DNA from: Lachnospiraceae bacterium
Lineage (GTDB): Bacteria; Bacillota; Clostridia; Lachnospirales; Lachnospiraceae
Length of the DNA: 64,000 bases
Assembly (NCBI GenBank): GCA_035271065.1
Contig: DATESB010000132.1
Coordinates: 6,552-70,551 of the forward strand
Direction of reading: 5' to 3'
Shown: piece by piece, positions 50,017 through 59,150 of the stretch
Numbering within the stretch: position 1 is the first letter of the stretch
How the letters are laid out: each line of letters opens with the position of its first letter
The notes under the pieces: model-generated
Told to the model about the DNA's origin: nothing
What the model saw: only the letters and a program-made list of their open reading frames with translations
The model's database searches: none
Translations under genes and position numbers: made by a program

Positions 50017-50877
50017 TTACTCTCCCTTAGGTGGGCGTTCCAAAGTGATACGTCCAAATTTTCCCCTTCTGAAATCATCAATCAGCATCCCTGCTGCTTT
50101 ATCTGTATTCGGCAGATTGCCCTTCTGCAAACAGTGTCTGTTAATTGCAATGTCACATAACAGTTCCATTGGTTCCTTCTTTAAATCAGAGAGTTCATAA
50201 CGGCTTGCCAATACTGTCGGCTTGAATTCCACAAAGAATTTAATCAACTCCAATGCAAGTTCTTCCGTATTCAATATCTCATCATTAATAGAACCAATCA
50301 TCGCAAGTCTCAGACCGACATCCTGGTCTGAAAACTTCGGCCACAAAATACCCGGTGTATCCAAGAGTTCAATATTTCTGTTCAGACGTATCCACTGTTT
50401 GCCCTTGGTAACGCCCGGTTTATTACCTGTCTTGGTGCATGCTTTTCCTGCAAATGAATTAATAAATGTGGACTTTCCGACATTTGGAATGCCGACTACC
50501 ATTGCACGTACCGGTCTGTTAAGAATTCCTCTCTTACGGTCTCTCTCTATCTTATCCTTACATGCTTCCTGAACGGCACCTTGAATTGCTTTCATGCCGG
50601 CTCCGGTCTTTGAATTAATTTTTACAACCGCATAGCCAAGGCCCTTGAAATAAGTAATCCACTCCTCATTCCACTGGTCATCCGCCAAATCAGATTTATT
50701 CAGTAAAATCAATCTCGACTTATTCTTGCCCAATTCGTCAATATCGGGATTACGACTGCTTAACGGAATACGGGCATCCACCAACTCGATAATAATATCG
50801 ATTAACTTGATGTTCTCCTCCATCATTCGTTTTGCCTTCATCATATGTCCCGGATACCATTGATAATTCATATTCAT
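50017..50877 (-). CDS. rbgA: Ribosome biogenesis GTPase A (YlqF)
   Basis: QWYPGHM motif and circularly permuted GTPase (NKSDL...GIPNVGKST). Confidence 0.94.
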   Translation of the reverse strand: MNMNYQWYPGHMMKAKRMMEENIKLIDIIIELVDARIPLSSRNPDIDELGKNKSRLILLNKSDLADDQWNEEWITYFKGLGYAVVKINSKTGAGMKAIQGAVQEACKDKIERDRKRGILNRPVRAMVVGIPNVGKSTFINSFAGKACTKTGNKPGVTKGKQWIRLNRNIELLDTPGILWPKFSDQDVGLRLAMIGSINDEILNTEELALELIKFFVEFKPTVLASRYELSDLKKEPMELLCDIAINRHCLQKGNLPNTDKAAGMLIDDFRRGKFGRITLERPPKGE

Positions 50878-50883
50878 CCCCCT

Positions 50884-51462
50884 CTATTCTATCAAGCCCA
50901 TTCCGATTTTACCGCTCGCCATGTGGTACCACGCCTTGCCGTCAATTGTTTCAACAGACACATTGCCGATATTACCGGAACGGCTGTCCTCACTGTTCTC
51001 ACGATTATCACCCAGCACAAAATACTCATCCACGCCCAGTTCAATCTCTGCCTCTGCAATACCGGGATCATTTGTCACCTCAACTACATCATTCTGATAA
51101 GGTAGTCCGTCTATGTAGACAGCACCCTGCTTAATCTGAATGGTTTCTCCCGGCAACCCAATCACACGCTTCACATAGTAGTGTGAATTTTCATTGCCGT
51201 TCGGACGAAATACAATGACATCATTGCGTTCCGGTGAACCGTATTGATAAGCAATCCTGTTAATCAGTATCTCCTGACCATTATAAAGCGTTGGCTCCAT
51301 GGACGAACCAACAACTGCTGTACGGATACCAAACGAAGACACTAATACAAAAGCAGCCAGTATTGCAACCACAATACCAAATTCCCATGTAATCAATTCA
51401 TATAAAAAAGCTCTGTTCATCTTAATCTGTCTGCGACGAAACGTTAAACCCTTATTATTCAT
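50884..51462 (-). CDS. lepB: Signal peptidase I (second copy)
   Basis: GSSMEPTL, KRVIGLPGE and GDNRENSEDSR boxes. Confidence 0.92.
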   Translation of the reverse strand: MNNKGLTFRRRQIKMNRAFLYELITWEFGIVVAILAAFVLVSSFGIRTAVVGSSMEPTLYNGQEILINRIAYQYGSPERNDVIVFRPNGNENSHYYVKRVIGLPGETIQIKQGAVYIDGLPYQNDVVEVTNDPGIAEAEIELGVDEYFVLGDNRENSEDSRSGNIGNVSVETIDGKAWYHMASGKIGMGLIE

Positions 51463-51522
51463 ACCTACCGCCTTGTTTCTTACATAATATTACCTAATAA
51501 AGTATAGCATATTTTTAGGAAT

Positions 51523-51560
51523 GAAAAAAGAGACAATATACATATTTGTACTTGTCTCTT
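51523..51560 (-). terminator. Intrinsic terminator after rplS
   Basis: AGAGACAA / TTGTCTCT stem (51529-51536 / 51552-51559) plus a T6 run on the minus strand. Confidence 0.8.
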
Positions 51561-51577
51561 TGTCATCTGCAACTGTA

Positions 51578-51925
51578 TTATTTCACTAATTCTTTTACCT
51601 TAGCACGTTTGCCGACTCTGTCTCTTAAGTAGAATAATTTTGCTCTTCTTACTTTACCTTTTCTGATTACTTCAACTTTTTCAACATTTGGTGAATGTAA
51701 CGGCCATGTCTTTTCAACACCAACACCGTTTGAACTCTTTCTGACTGTGAAGGTTGCTCTGTTGCTTCCGCCCTGTTTCTTCAAAACAGTTCCTTCAAAA
51801 ATCTGAATTCTTTCTCTGTTACCTTCCTTAATCTTACCATATACCTTAACGGTATCTCCTACATTGAAGTCAGAAACGTTCTCTTTCATCTCTGCTGCTT
51901 CAATATTCTTAATAATATCACTCAT
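51578..51925 (-). CDS. rplS: 50S ribosomal protein L19
   Basis: 115 aa with the canonical bL19 sequence (FNVGDTVKV...RIQIFEG). Confidence 0.97.
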   Translation of the reverse strand: MSDIIKNIEAAEMKENVSDFNVGDTVKVYGKIKEGNRERIQIFEGTVLKKQGGSNRATFTVRKSSNGVGVEKTWPLHSPNVEKVEVIRKGKVRRAKLFYLRDRVGKRAKVKELVK

Positions 51926-52045
51926 TTAGTGACCTCCTTCTGTGGCATTCACGGCACCTTGCCGTTCATGTATGGATGTTCTTGCGCACAAATGTACCAG
52001 AGGACCATCTCTTTTTTCTCACAACGCATTTAAGATTAACATATT
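51926..52045 (-). promoter_or_regulatory. Structured rplS 5' leader (candidate L19 ribosomal-protein leader)
   Basis: 165-nt trmD-rplS spacer with a promoter-like TTGCAA...TAATCT. Hairpin ACGGCA-AGG-TGCCGT and GTGA...TCAC pairing around the GGAGG SD. L19 autoregulatory leaders are known in Firmicutes, but I cannot confirm a match to that model by eye. Confidence 0.35.
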
Positions 52046-52090
52046 TATTGCATGATTGCAAGCATTTTGGACTATTTTTCTACCATTTTT

Positions 52091-52846
52091 TCATTTTGAG
52101 TTGTTCTCTGCTGTCTGTTTCAATAAATCAGGTCTACGTTCCTTGGTTCGTATAATGGATTGCTCCTTGCGCCATTTCTCAATATTTGCATGATGACCTG
52201 ATAATAAAACCTTCGGTACACGCTTTCCGTGCCACTCTTCCGGGCGGGAATACTGCGGATACTCTAGTAAATCATCCTGAAATGATTCAAATTCCGCTGA
52301 TGTTTCATTACTGAGCACTCCGGGAACCAAACGTGAAATTGCATCTACCATGACCATAGCCGGAAGTTCGCCACCCGTTAGGACGTAATCACCGATAGAA
52401 ACATAATCCGTTACGACTTCCTCCAGCACACGTTCATCAATCCCCTCATAGTGACCACATAAAAGAATTAAATCTTCCTCTTTTGCATATTCTTCCGCCA
52501 TACGCTGTGTAAAGGTTGGGCCTTGTGGTGTTAAGTACACTACCCGCGGCTTTCTGTCTGATGTTTCGCATGGATTGGGCATACATTCCTCCGATGAGTT
52601 TCCGTTAATTCGTTCAACAACTGCCCGATAAGCACCGTAAACAGGCTCCGCCTGCATAAGCATTCCCGCACCGCCACCATAGGTGTAATCATCTACGCGC
52701 ATATGTTTATTATCTGCATAATCTCTGATATTCACGGCTTCTATCGAAAGAAGTCCTTTGTCCATAGCCCGCCCGATGATACTGGTATTCAAACCGTCCA
52801 TCACCATATCCGGAAATAGAGTTAAGATATGAAAATTCATCTGCAT
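52091..52846 (-). CDS. trmD: tRNA (guanine37-N1)-methyltransferase
   Basis: ILTLFPDM..., the GGELPAMV and YEGIDERV motifs. Confidence 0.96.
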   Translation of the reverse strand: MQMNFHILTLFPDMVMDGLNTSIIGRAMDKGLLSIEAVNIRDYADNKHMRVDDYTYGGGAGMLMQAEPVYGAYRAVVERINGNSSEECMPNPCETSDRKPRVVYLTPQGPTFTQRMAEEYAKEEDLILLCGHYEGIDERVLEEVVTDYVSIGDYVLTGGELPAMVMVDAISRLVPGVLSNETSAEFESFQDDLLEYPQYSRPEEWHGKRVPKVLLSGHHANIEKWRKEQSIIRTKERRPDLLKQTAENNSK

Positions 52847-52885
52847 TCTCCCATTCTATAACAGTCCATTCTATCATCGTTGTTC

Positions 52886-53392
52886 TTACACTAGTCCATC
52901 CATAATATGTACTGTCATCACTTTCTGCTCGATATCAATATTCAGAATACACTGCTTAATGGCGGGCAGTAATAATTCTTTCCCGTCCTTCATCGTAATC
53001 GTATATACATCATTGGCACCTGTCTCCAGATAATCGGTCATCGTACCGATTTCCTGACCGTCTTCATCAACAACCGTTATTCCGATTAAATCTGCAACAA
53101 AATACTCATCCTTTTGCAGTTTTACGGCATTTTGACGTGTCACATACAGGTTTTTGCCTTTATATTTTTCAATGTCATTGATATTATCAAACCCTTTGAA
53201 CTTTAGGATTGCAAACTGCTTAAAAAACTTCACACCCTCTATTTCAAGCGTCAACAGTTCCTTGTCTGTATCCAATATCACTTCTTTTAACTTCTTAAAA
53301 CGGTTGACATCATCTGTGGTCGGAAACACTTTGACTTCACCTTTCACTCCGTGTGTTGATGAAATGATGCCCACTTGTAACATATCTTCCAT
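52886..53392 (-). CDS. rimM: 16S rRNA processing protein RimM
   Basis: [17 protein letters not shown]-terminus and a PRC barrel C-terminus. Lies in rpsP-rimM-trmD synteny. Confidence 0.94.
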   Translation of the reverse strand: MEDMLQVGIISSTHGVKGEVKVFPTTDDVNRFKKLKEVILDTDKELLTLEIEGVKFFKQFAILKFKGFDNINDIEKYKGKNLYVTRQNAVKLQKDEYFVADLIGITVVDEDGQEIGTMTDYLETGANDVYTITMKDGKELLLPAIKQCILNIDIEQKVMTVHIMDGLV

Positions 53393-53475
53393 AACTTCTC
53401 CCTATAATAACGACTCAGAAACCATGATGTCCCTGAGTCGTCTTCATTTACTGTAAATAATAGCATATCACATCA

Positions 53476-53706
53476 TTACTGCACGATATCTACTACCACT
53501 TTCTTGTTTTCCTTCGCGGATGCTGCCTTGACCACGGAGCGGATTGCCTTGGCGATACGTCCCTGTTTGCCGATGACCTTACCCATGTCAGACTGTGCCA
53601 CGCGCAATTCAAGCACGATGGTTCTGTCTTTTTCGGTTTGAGTCACAACAACCTCATCAGGATTATCAACAAGAGATTTTGCAATTACTTCAACTAGCTC
53701 TTTCAT
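53476..53706 (-). CDS. KH domain RNA-binding protein (YlqC family)
   Basis: 76 aa with VIGKQGRIAKAIR (GxxG KH motif). Conserved position after rpsP. Confidence 0.9.
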   Translation of the reverse strand: MKELVEVIAKSLVDNPDEVVVTQTEKDRTIVLELRVAQSDMGKVIGKQGRIAKAIRSVVKAASAKENKKVVVDIVQ

Positions 53707-53740
53707 ACATCTACCTCCAAAGGTCTATCGATCGTCCTGA

Positions 53741-53986
53741 TTATTTTTCGATGCCTGCAATCTTGAAAAGCTTTCCGACTACTTCTGTAGGCTGTGCGCC
53801 TGTTGCCAACCACTTTTTAGCCTTCTCTTCATCAATCTTAAATGTGCTGGGCTCTGTACTGGGATCATATGTTCCGATTTCCTCGATACATCTTCCGTCT
53901 CTGGGAGAACGAGAATCTGCAACTACGATTCTATAAAAAGGAGCCTTCTTCTGTCCCATTCTTCTTAATCTGATTTTAACTGCCAT
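53741..53986 (-). CDS. rpsP: 30S ribosomal protein S16
   Basis: [32 protein letters not shown] is canonical bS16. Start set at MAVKI with GGAGGTG SD. Confidence 0.96.
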   Translation of the reverse strand: MAVKIRLRRMGQKKAPFYRIVVADSRSPRDGRCIEEIGTYDPSTEPSTFKIDEEKAKKWLATGAQPTEVVGKLFKIAGIEK

Positions 53987-54034
53987 GTCTTTCACCTCCG
54001 AAATATTTGAGTATTTTTATTAAAAACCTTGTTC

Positions 54035-54063
54035 ATCATACATGATAAAAGCATAGGTGTCAA
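54035..54063 (-). promoter_or_regulatory. Dedicated promoter for rpsP
   Basis: On the minus strand: TTGACA, 17 nt, TATGAT. The -35 is embedded in the 3' arm of the preceding hairpin. Confidence 0.6.
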
Positions 54064-54082
54064 GTCTTTTTTCTTGACACCT
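54055..54082 (-). terminator. Hairpin/terminator after the ABC exporter pair
   Basis: Perfect 10-bp stem AGGTGTCAAG / CTTGACACCT. The downstream U-tract is weak (ATGCTTTTAT). Confidence 0.6.
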
Positions 54083-54116
54083 AATTATATTACATTCTCA
54101 TCCATACACGTGTCAA

Positions 54117-55748
54117 TTATTTTCTGCCCAAATGTATTAAATTTGAAGTAATAAACAAGAGCAGCGTTCCGAATATCGCATTTGCTGCCACATTGAGAAA
54201 TAGACCAATTGCTTCAAGTTCAAACGCATAACTCATTATCAGCACAATTAACATCGGTATTACTGCAAACATTTTGATAGACATGGCAAATATCACTTTC
54301 AGAGCCTCATGTAGGGAAGTCGGAAGCAACATTTCAATGAACAGGTCTGCATTTGAAAATACATAGTCAACCGCTATAATCAACAACAGCCATCCAATGC
54401 AGCTAATCACCTCTGCTCCAATCAGAACACAAGCAATCACATAACCCGGCAACAAATCCAAAAAAGTAATATAACTGCCTGCCAACACCGAGTATGCTAT
54501 TTTGTCAAACGGCTTACACGGAACCATATACAAAAAATTACATCTTGTCTCATTTGCGCTTGGATTGACATAGCTTCTAAAGAATATAATGCCTAACATA
54601 ATAGCACCAACAATCAAGATATCCTCTGTCTCCACAGCAAACCTGCAAAGAGCACCAAGTGCACCCAAAATAAAGATATAAGTGATAGAGGTCTTTGAGA
54701 AGAAACCAAGTATGGCATACCGTTTCCGATTATGTACTTCCTTCCAAAAGAATACGTTTGCGCCCTTGCCTTTTGATAGCTCTTCTCCTCGCTGTCTGTC
54801 GGCATACTTTTTGGTAATATTCAAACCTGCCTTGCTGGCCTCCATAATTTCCTGGCGTTTCACAGTGCTTGAAATCGCATCTTCATAGAAATCTGCTTTG
54901 ATACGGAAAATAACGTATGTATAGATCACATAGCCAAGCATTGTCAATGTAGTAAAAATGATCAGTTTCGTCATATTCCCCGCAAATGCTGCCGCGATAA
55001 TTGCCGGTATCCATCCTACCATGGGAACAAGCATAAACCATTCATTGGTAAACATGTGAATGCCTGCATCAAACACATTCTCGCCATTTATAACAACCAT
55101 ATAAAACAGAATAAACATAATAACAGCAGCAACAAGCAATACAAATGGTTTTACAAATTTACGCAATGATTCCTTTGTGGCAACCAACGTATAAACCAAA
55201 ATACAGGTAAGTTTGCCAAGTGCAAGTATCAGCATCCAAGCAGCCAAAAGTGCCAATGCCATCCAAATACTCAATCCCAGATTAAAAACCAGATTAGGAA
55301 TCTGAAAGCCAAGATACAGTGTACCAATAAAAATGGCACCCATTTGCAACATTGTCTTAAAGAGTAATACATACTGCGGTTTTCGCGGCGACGGGAACAG
55401 GAAATTCACGTCCGGCATTGTAAATATGGATGACCCACTTTTATCGCCACAATACAAATTAAACAAGAATGTTGCGATTGTGACAGCAGAAACAACGGCG
55501 AGCACCACCTGGTTCATTTTTTCCACGTCTTCCGGGGTCCGAATCGTTTCCTCCTCAGAAACATCTTCCTCAATCTCCTGCGTCTGCTCTGTTTCTTCCT
55601 CAACGATATTCGAAACAACCGCTGCACCCAAACCAAATACAATACCAAACAGAAAACATGCCCCTATCATAACTGCAACCCATGTCTTAAACAGTTTCTT
55701 AATCGCATTTACAAAGGTATGTGACACGTAAAATAAAAACAGTCTCAT
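54117..55748 (-). CDS. Putative ABC exporter membrane subunit (large multi-TM, ABC_export-like)
   Basis: 543 aa with about 12-14 TM helices and an acidic loop EEETEQTQEIEEDVSEEE. Translationally coupled (4-nt overlap) to the upstream ATPase. Confidence 0.7.
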   Translation of the reverse strand: MRLFLFYVSHTFVNAIKKLFKTWVAVMIGACFLFGIVFGLGAAVVSNIVEEETEQTQEIEEDVSEEETIRTPEDVEKMNQVVLAVVSAVTIATFLFNLYCGDKSGSSIFTMPDVNFLFPSPRKPQYVLLFKTMLQMGAIFIGTLYLGFQIPNLVFNLGLSIWMALALLAAWMLILALGKLTCILVYTLVATKESLRKFVKPFVLLVAAVIMFILFYMVVINGENVFDAGIHMFTNEWFMLVPMVGWIPAIIAAAFAGNMTKLIIFTTLTMLGYVIYTYVIFRIKADFYEDAISSTVKRQEIMEASKAGLNITKKYADRQRGEELSKGKGANVFFWKEVHNRKRYAILGFFSKTSITYIFILGALGALCRFAVETEDILIVGAIMLGIIFFRSYVNPSANETRCNFLYMVPCKPFDKIAYSVLAGSYITFLDLLPGYVIACVLIGAEVISCIGWLLLIIAVDYVFSNADLFIEMLLPTSLHEALKVIFAMSIKMFAVIPMLIVLIMSYAFELEAIGLFLNVAANAIFGTLLLFITSNLIHLGRK

Positions 55749-56455
55749 GCGTCTTCTTCCTCGCTCTCTGTCAATTCAAAAAAGAGTTCCTCCAGACTTT
55801 GACCTGCCGCTTCCAATTCTTCTCGCTGCACCTGCGCAAGTATTTTTCCTGATTTCATAATCAATGTCTGATCCCAGAGCATATCTATACTTTCAATCAT
55901 ATGCGTGCTGACCAGCAGAGAACATCCGTCTGCGCGAAGTTCCTTCATCATTTCTTTCAGCTCTTTGATGGCATGAGGGTCTAATCCAATCATTGGCTCA
56001 TCAAACAAAATCATCTTTGGTCTTGGCAGCAATCCACAGCAGATACTAAGTTTTTGCTGCATTCCCTTGGAAAGTTCATCACCGAATTTTTTCTTTTTAT
56101 CATCCAACTCCATACGTCTAAGCAATTCATTGGCATAATCTTTATAATCATTCAGTTTATATGCCCTTGCTATAAAATCCAAATGCTCCATAACGGTCAA
56201 ATTGGGATAAAGCGCCGGCATCTCCGGTACATAACCTATGAGTTTCTTTGCCGGAACACTCTTATTATCAATTCCTTCTACCGTAATCTGCCCTTTATAT
56301 TTCAGAAAACCAATAATAGACTTAATTGCAGTACTCTTACCTGCTCCGTTCGGTCCAAGTAACACCGTAATGGAACTATCCGGCAACGTAAAGTTCAAAT
56401 CTTCATTGGCAAGTACTTTCCCGTATTTTTTAGTTAACTTCGATACCTCTAACAT
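55745..56455 (-). CDS. ABC transporter ATP-binding protein
   Basis: Walker A GPNGAGKST, signature LSKGMQQK, Walker B ILFDEP. Confidence 0.93.
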   Translation of the reverse strand: MLEVSKLTKKYGKVLANEDLNFTLPDSSITVLLGPNGAGKSTAIKSIIGFLKYKGQITVEGIDNKSVPAKKLIGYVPEMPALYPNLTVMEHLDFIARAYKLNDYKDYANELLRRMELDDKKKKFGDELSKGMQQKLSICCGLLPRPKMILFDEPMIGLDPHAIKELKEMMKELRADGCSLLVSTHMIESIDMLWDQTLIMKSGKILAQVQREELEAAGQSLEELFFELTESEEEDA

Positions 56456-56565
56456 AAAAACCTCCCTGATATTGATTTCATTTGTATTACTTCACTAATA
56501 CAATAATCCATACCAAGGAGATTGTCAATCATTATTTTATTTTATCAAACCTTATGCTTTCGCTA

Positions 56566-57942
56566 TCAGAAAATACTCTTAAATTTACCTCTCTTGCCCA
56601 TGCCACCCATCATACCGGGAAGTTGTTTCATCATCTTCTTTGACTGCTCAAACTGTTTGACAAGTCGATTCACTTCCGCAATGTCAACGCCTGCCCCTTT
56701 GGCAATACGGTGTTTACGGCTTGGGTTCAGAATATCAGGATTCTGTCGCTCTTTCTTTGTCATAGAAAGGATAATTGCTTCTGTACGCGCCATTTTCTTA
56801 TCATCAACCATAGACTCAAGTTCTGCGGTATTCACGCCTTTTCCTAAACCGCCAAGACCGCCCATGCTGCCCATCATACCAAGCACGCTGGACATACCGC
56901 CCATCTTCTTCATTTGCGTCATGCTCTCCAAATAGTCCTCAAAATCAAACTTACCTTTTTTGAGCTTCTGCGCCATTTGCTTTTCTTTATCTTCATCAAT
57001 CTCGCCGATATTCTCCTGCACCTTTTCAATAAGCGTCAGAACATCGCCCATACCTAAGATACGGTTTGCCATTCTGTCTGGGTAAAACTGCTCCAAATCA
57101 GACAGTTTTTCACCCATACCAATATATAAAATCGGCTTTCCGGTAACCGCCTTAACCGACAAAGCGGCACCACCTCTGGCATCACCATCCATTTTGGATA
57201 ATACAACACCGTCAACGCCAACCTTTACATCAAAATCCTTCGCCACATTCACGGCATCCTGTCCGGTCATGGCATCCACAACCAGCAATGTCTGATGTAC
57301 ATCAACATTTGCCTTGATATCCTGCAATTCTGCCATCATTTCTTCATCAATCTGCAAACGTCCCGCGGTATCCAGTATAATAACATTATGTCCATTCTTC
57401 TCTGCATGTGCAAGTGCTGCTTTTGCTATATCCACAGGCTTCTGATTGTCTCCCATTGAGAACACATCCACTTCCTGCTTCTCACCATTAATCTGCAACT
57501 GTTTAATTGCCGCCGGTCTATATACATCACACGCCACCAACAGACACTTCTTACCTTTTAACTTAAGTTTACCGGCAATCTTTGCTGTTGTGGTTGTCTT
57601 ACCTGCACCCTGCAAACCACACATCATAATCACTGTCTTTGCCTGTCCCGGCTGCAACTGGATTTCCGTTGTCTCAGAACCCATCAATGCAATCATTTCT
57701 TCATTTACAATCTTGATGACCATTTGCCCCGGATTGAGCCCATTCATCACGTCTTGACCAACAGCACGTTCCTCAACAGCCTTAATAAATTGCTTCACAA
57801 CCTTAAAGTTAACATCAGCTTCCAATAACGCCATCTTAACTTCCTTGAGAGCCGCCTTCACATCTCCTTCAGTTAGGCGTCCCTTGCTGCGCAGGTTCTT
57901 AAATACATTCTGTAATTTCTCAGTTAAACTTTCAAAAGCCAT
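56566..57942 (-). CDS. ffh: Signal recognition particle protein Ffh
   Basis: N/G domain (GLQGAGKTTT, DTAGR) and a Met-rich M domain (MGGMSSVLGMMGSMGG). Confidence 0.97.
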   Translation of the reverse strand: MAFESLTEKLQNVFKNLRSKGRLTEGDVKAALKEVKMALLEADVNFKVVKQFIKAVEERAVGQDVMNGLNPGQMVIKIVNEEMIALMGSETTEIQLQPGQAKTVIMMCGLQGAGKTTTTAKIAGKLKLKGKKCLLVACDVYRPAAIKQLQINGEKQEVDVFSMGDNQKPVDIAKAALAHAEKNGHNVIILDTAGRLQIDEEMMAELQDIKANVDVHQTLLVVDAMTGQDAVNVAKDFDVKVGVDGVVLSKMDGDARGGAALSVKAVTGKPILYIGMGEKLSDLEQFYPDRMANRILGMGDVLTLIEKVQENIGEIDEDKEKQMAQKLKKGKFDFEDYLESMTQMKKMGGMSSVLGMMGSMGGLGGLGKGVNTAELESMVDDKKMARTEAIILSMTKKERQNPDILNPSRKHRIAKGAGVDIAEVNRLVKQFEQSKKMMKQLPGMMGGMGKRGKFKSIF

Positions 57943-57977
57943 ATTCCATATACTCCTTCAATTTGGGGACGCCCCTC

Positions 57978-58301
57978 TTATAATTCGTTCATTATTTTCT
58001 GAGATAAATCTATAATCTCTTGATTTCCGATTCTCGATGCTATTCCGTGAATTTCGTTGGCAAGTTCTCTTGTCTTCTGGAACTTCGCAATCAAATGCAG
58101 TTTCTCTTCGTATTCCTGCAACGTTTTATCACAGCGTTTGATAATATCGTGTATTCCTTGGCGACTGATGCCGTGTTCTTCTGCCAATTCACCCAATGAT
58201 AAATCCTCGCTGATTGCTTCTTCATATATTTTCTTTTGATGCTCTGTCAAGAGTTCACCGTAGAAATCAAACAGTAACCCCTGTTCCACTATTTTTTCCA
58301 T
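57978..58301 (-). CDS. ylxM: YlxM (UPF0122) putative helix-turn-helix protein
   Basis: LLFDFYGELLTEHQKKIYE... with HTH SLGELAEEHGISRQGI. Directly upstream of ffh. Confidence 0.92.
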   Translation of the reverse strand: MEKIVEQGLLFDFYGELLTEHQKKIYEEAISEDLSLGELAEEHGISRQGIHDIIKRCDKTLQEYEEKLHLIAKFQKTRELANEIHGIASRIGNQEIIDLSQKIMNEL

Positions 58302-59040
58302 GTTTCATTTCCTTCAATTGATATATAACGATTTCTTTGATGTCATCGTCTTCTTGTTCCAGTTCTTTCACAATTTCATTATAATCTAACTCGATGTTTC
58401 GACCAAGAACATCCGCCTGCTCGTCAAAGTTACCCGAAAAAGGCTTTGGTGTCATCACCTTAAACTTTTGTTCCAAAGTGAATTCCGGTTTGAAGATGTT
58501 CTGCAAACTAAAGAAACTGACTCCGCAATCAAAAATAGGTGCTTCGCGATATCCGTTCGGAGTTTCTATGATTGCTAAATTATGAAAATGACGGTCTACA
58601 TTTAAGGTTAACCTATCAAAATTTAGTATCGTTTGCAAGTAATGTGTACAGTCAAAACCCGAATAGTCTCTAATGAAAGAAATCACATATTCAATTCGTT
58701 CTTTCACCAAAGCAAATTCGTGTATCTTGCGTGACAAATCACCACCATATGCAATACTATACATTCTTTGAAATGTCACAAGACTTTCTCCCTGTTGTAA
58801 GAAATTCTGACTACGACAACCAGGAACTCCGTTAATGAGGCACTCTTCATATTTCACATAATTCGTGATGTTGGAATGTGATAGAATCATCGAACATATT
58901 GCCTCGGCTTTGCCTTCATATCCGCCGACATTCTGCTTGTACCAATATCCGTCTTTGTAATACTTGTTCAAAACGCCCAGACTACTGTGTCCCACATCAA
59001 TTTGATAAGATGCTTCCATCTGTTGCTCCTTCTGTGACAT
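58267..59040 (-). CDS. HipA C-terminal-domain-like Ser/Thr kinase (short form)
   Basis: LNVDRHFHNLA aligns with the HipA catalytic loop (NTDAHAKN). APIFDCG aligns with the HipA Mg-binding (T)PLYD. 257 aa, with no separate HipA_N domain evident. Confidence 0.65.
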   Translation of the reverse strand: MSQKEQQMEASYQIDVGHSSLGVLNKYYKDGYWYKQNVGGYEGKAEAICSMILSHSNITNYVKYEECLINGVPGCRSQNFLQQGESLVTFQRMYSIAYGGDLSRKIHEFALVKERIEYVISFIRDYSGFDCTHYLQTILNFDRLTLNVDRHFHNLAIIETPNGYREAPIFDCGVSFFSLQNIFKPEFTLEQKFKVMTPKPFSGNFDEQADVLGRNIELDYNEIVKELEQEDDDIKEIVIYQLKEMKHGKNSGTGVTV

Positions 59041-59056
59041 GCAGATACCTTAATAC

Positions 59057-59085
59057 AGTATAAGGTATTCCAATTGTAAAATCAA
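59057..59085 (-). promoter_or_regulatory. Promoter of the HipA-like gene with overlapping inverted repeat
   Basis: On the minus strand: TTGATT, 17 nt, TATACT. A perfect 8-bp inverted repeat ATACCTTA-N8-TAAGGTAT (59045-59068) straddles the -10. Confidence 0.5.
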
Positions 59086-59090
59086 TTATG

Positions 59091-59129
59091 TAAAAATAAA
59101 AAGAGATGTGACGATTGCCACACCTCTCT
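59091..59129 (-). terminator. Intrinsic terminator after the Rpn-family gene
   Basis: 9-bp stem with one mismatch (59102-59110 / 59121-59129), then CTTTTTATTTTT on the minus strand. Confidence 0.65.
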
Positions 59130-59150
59130 GAATAACATGTTGAATATATT

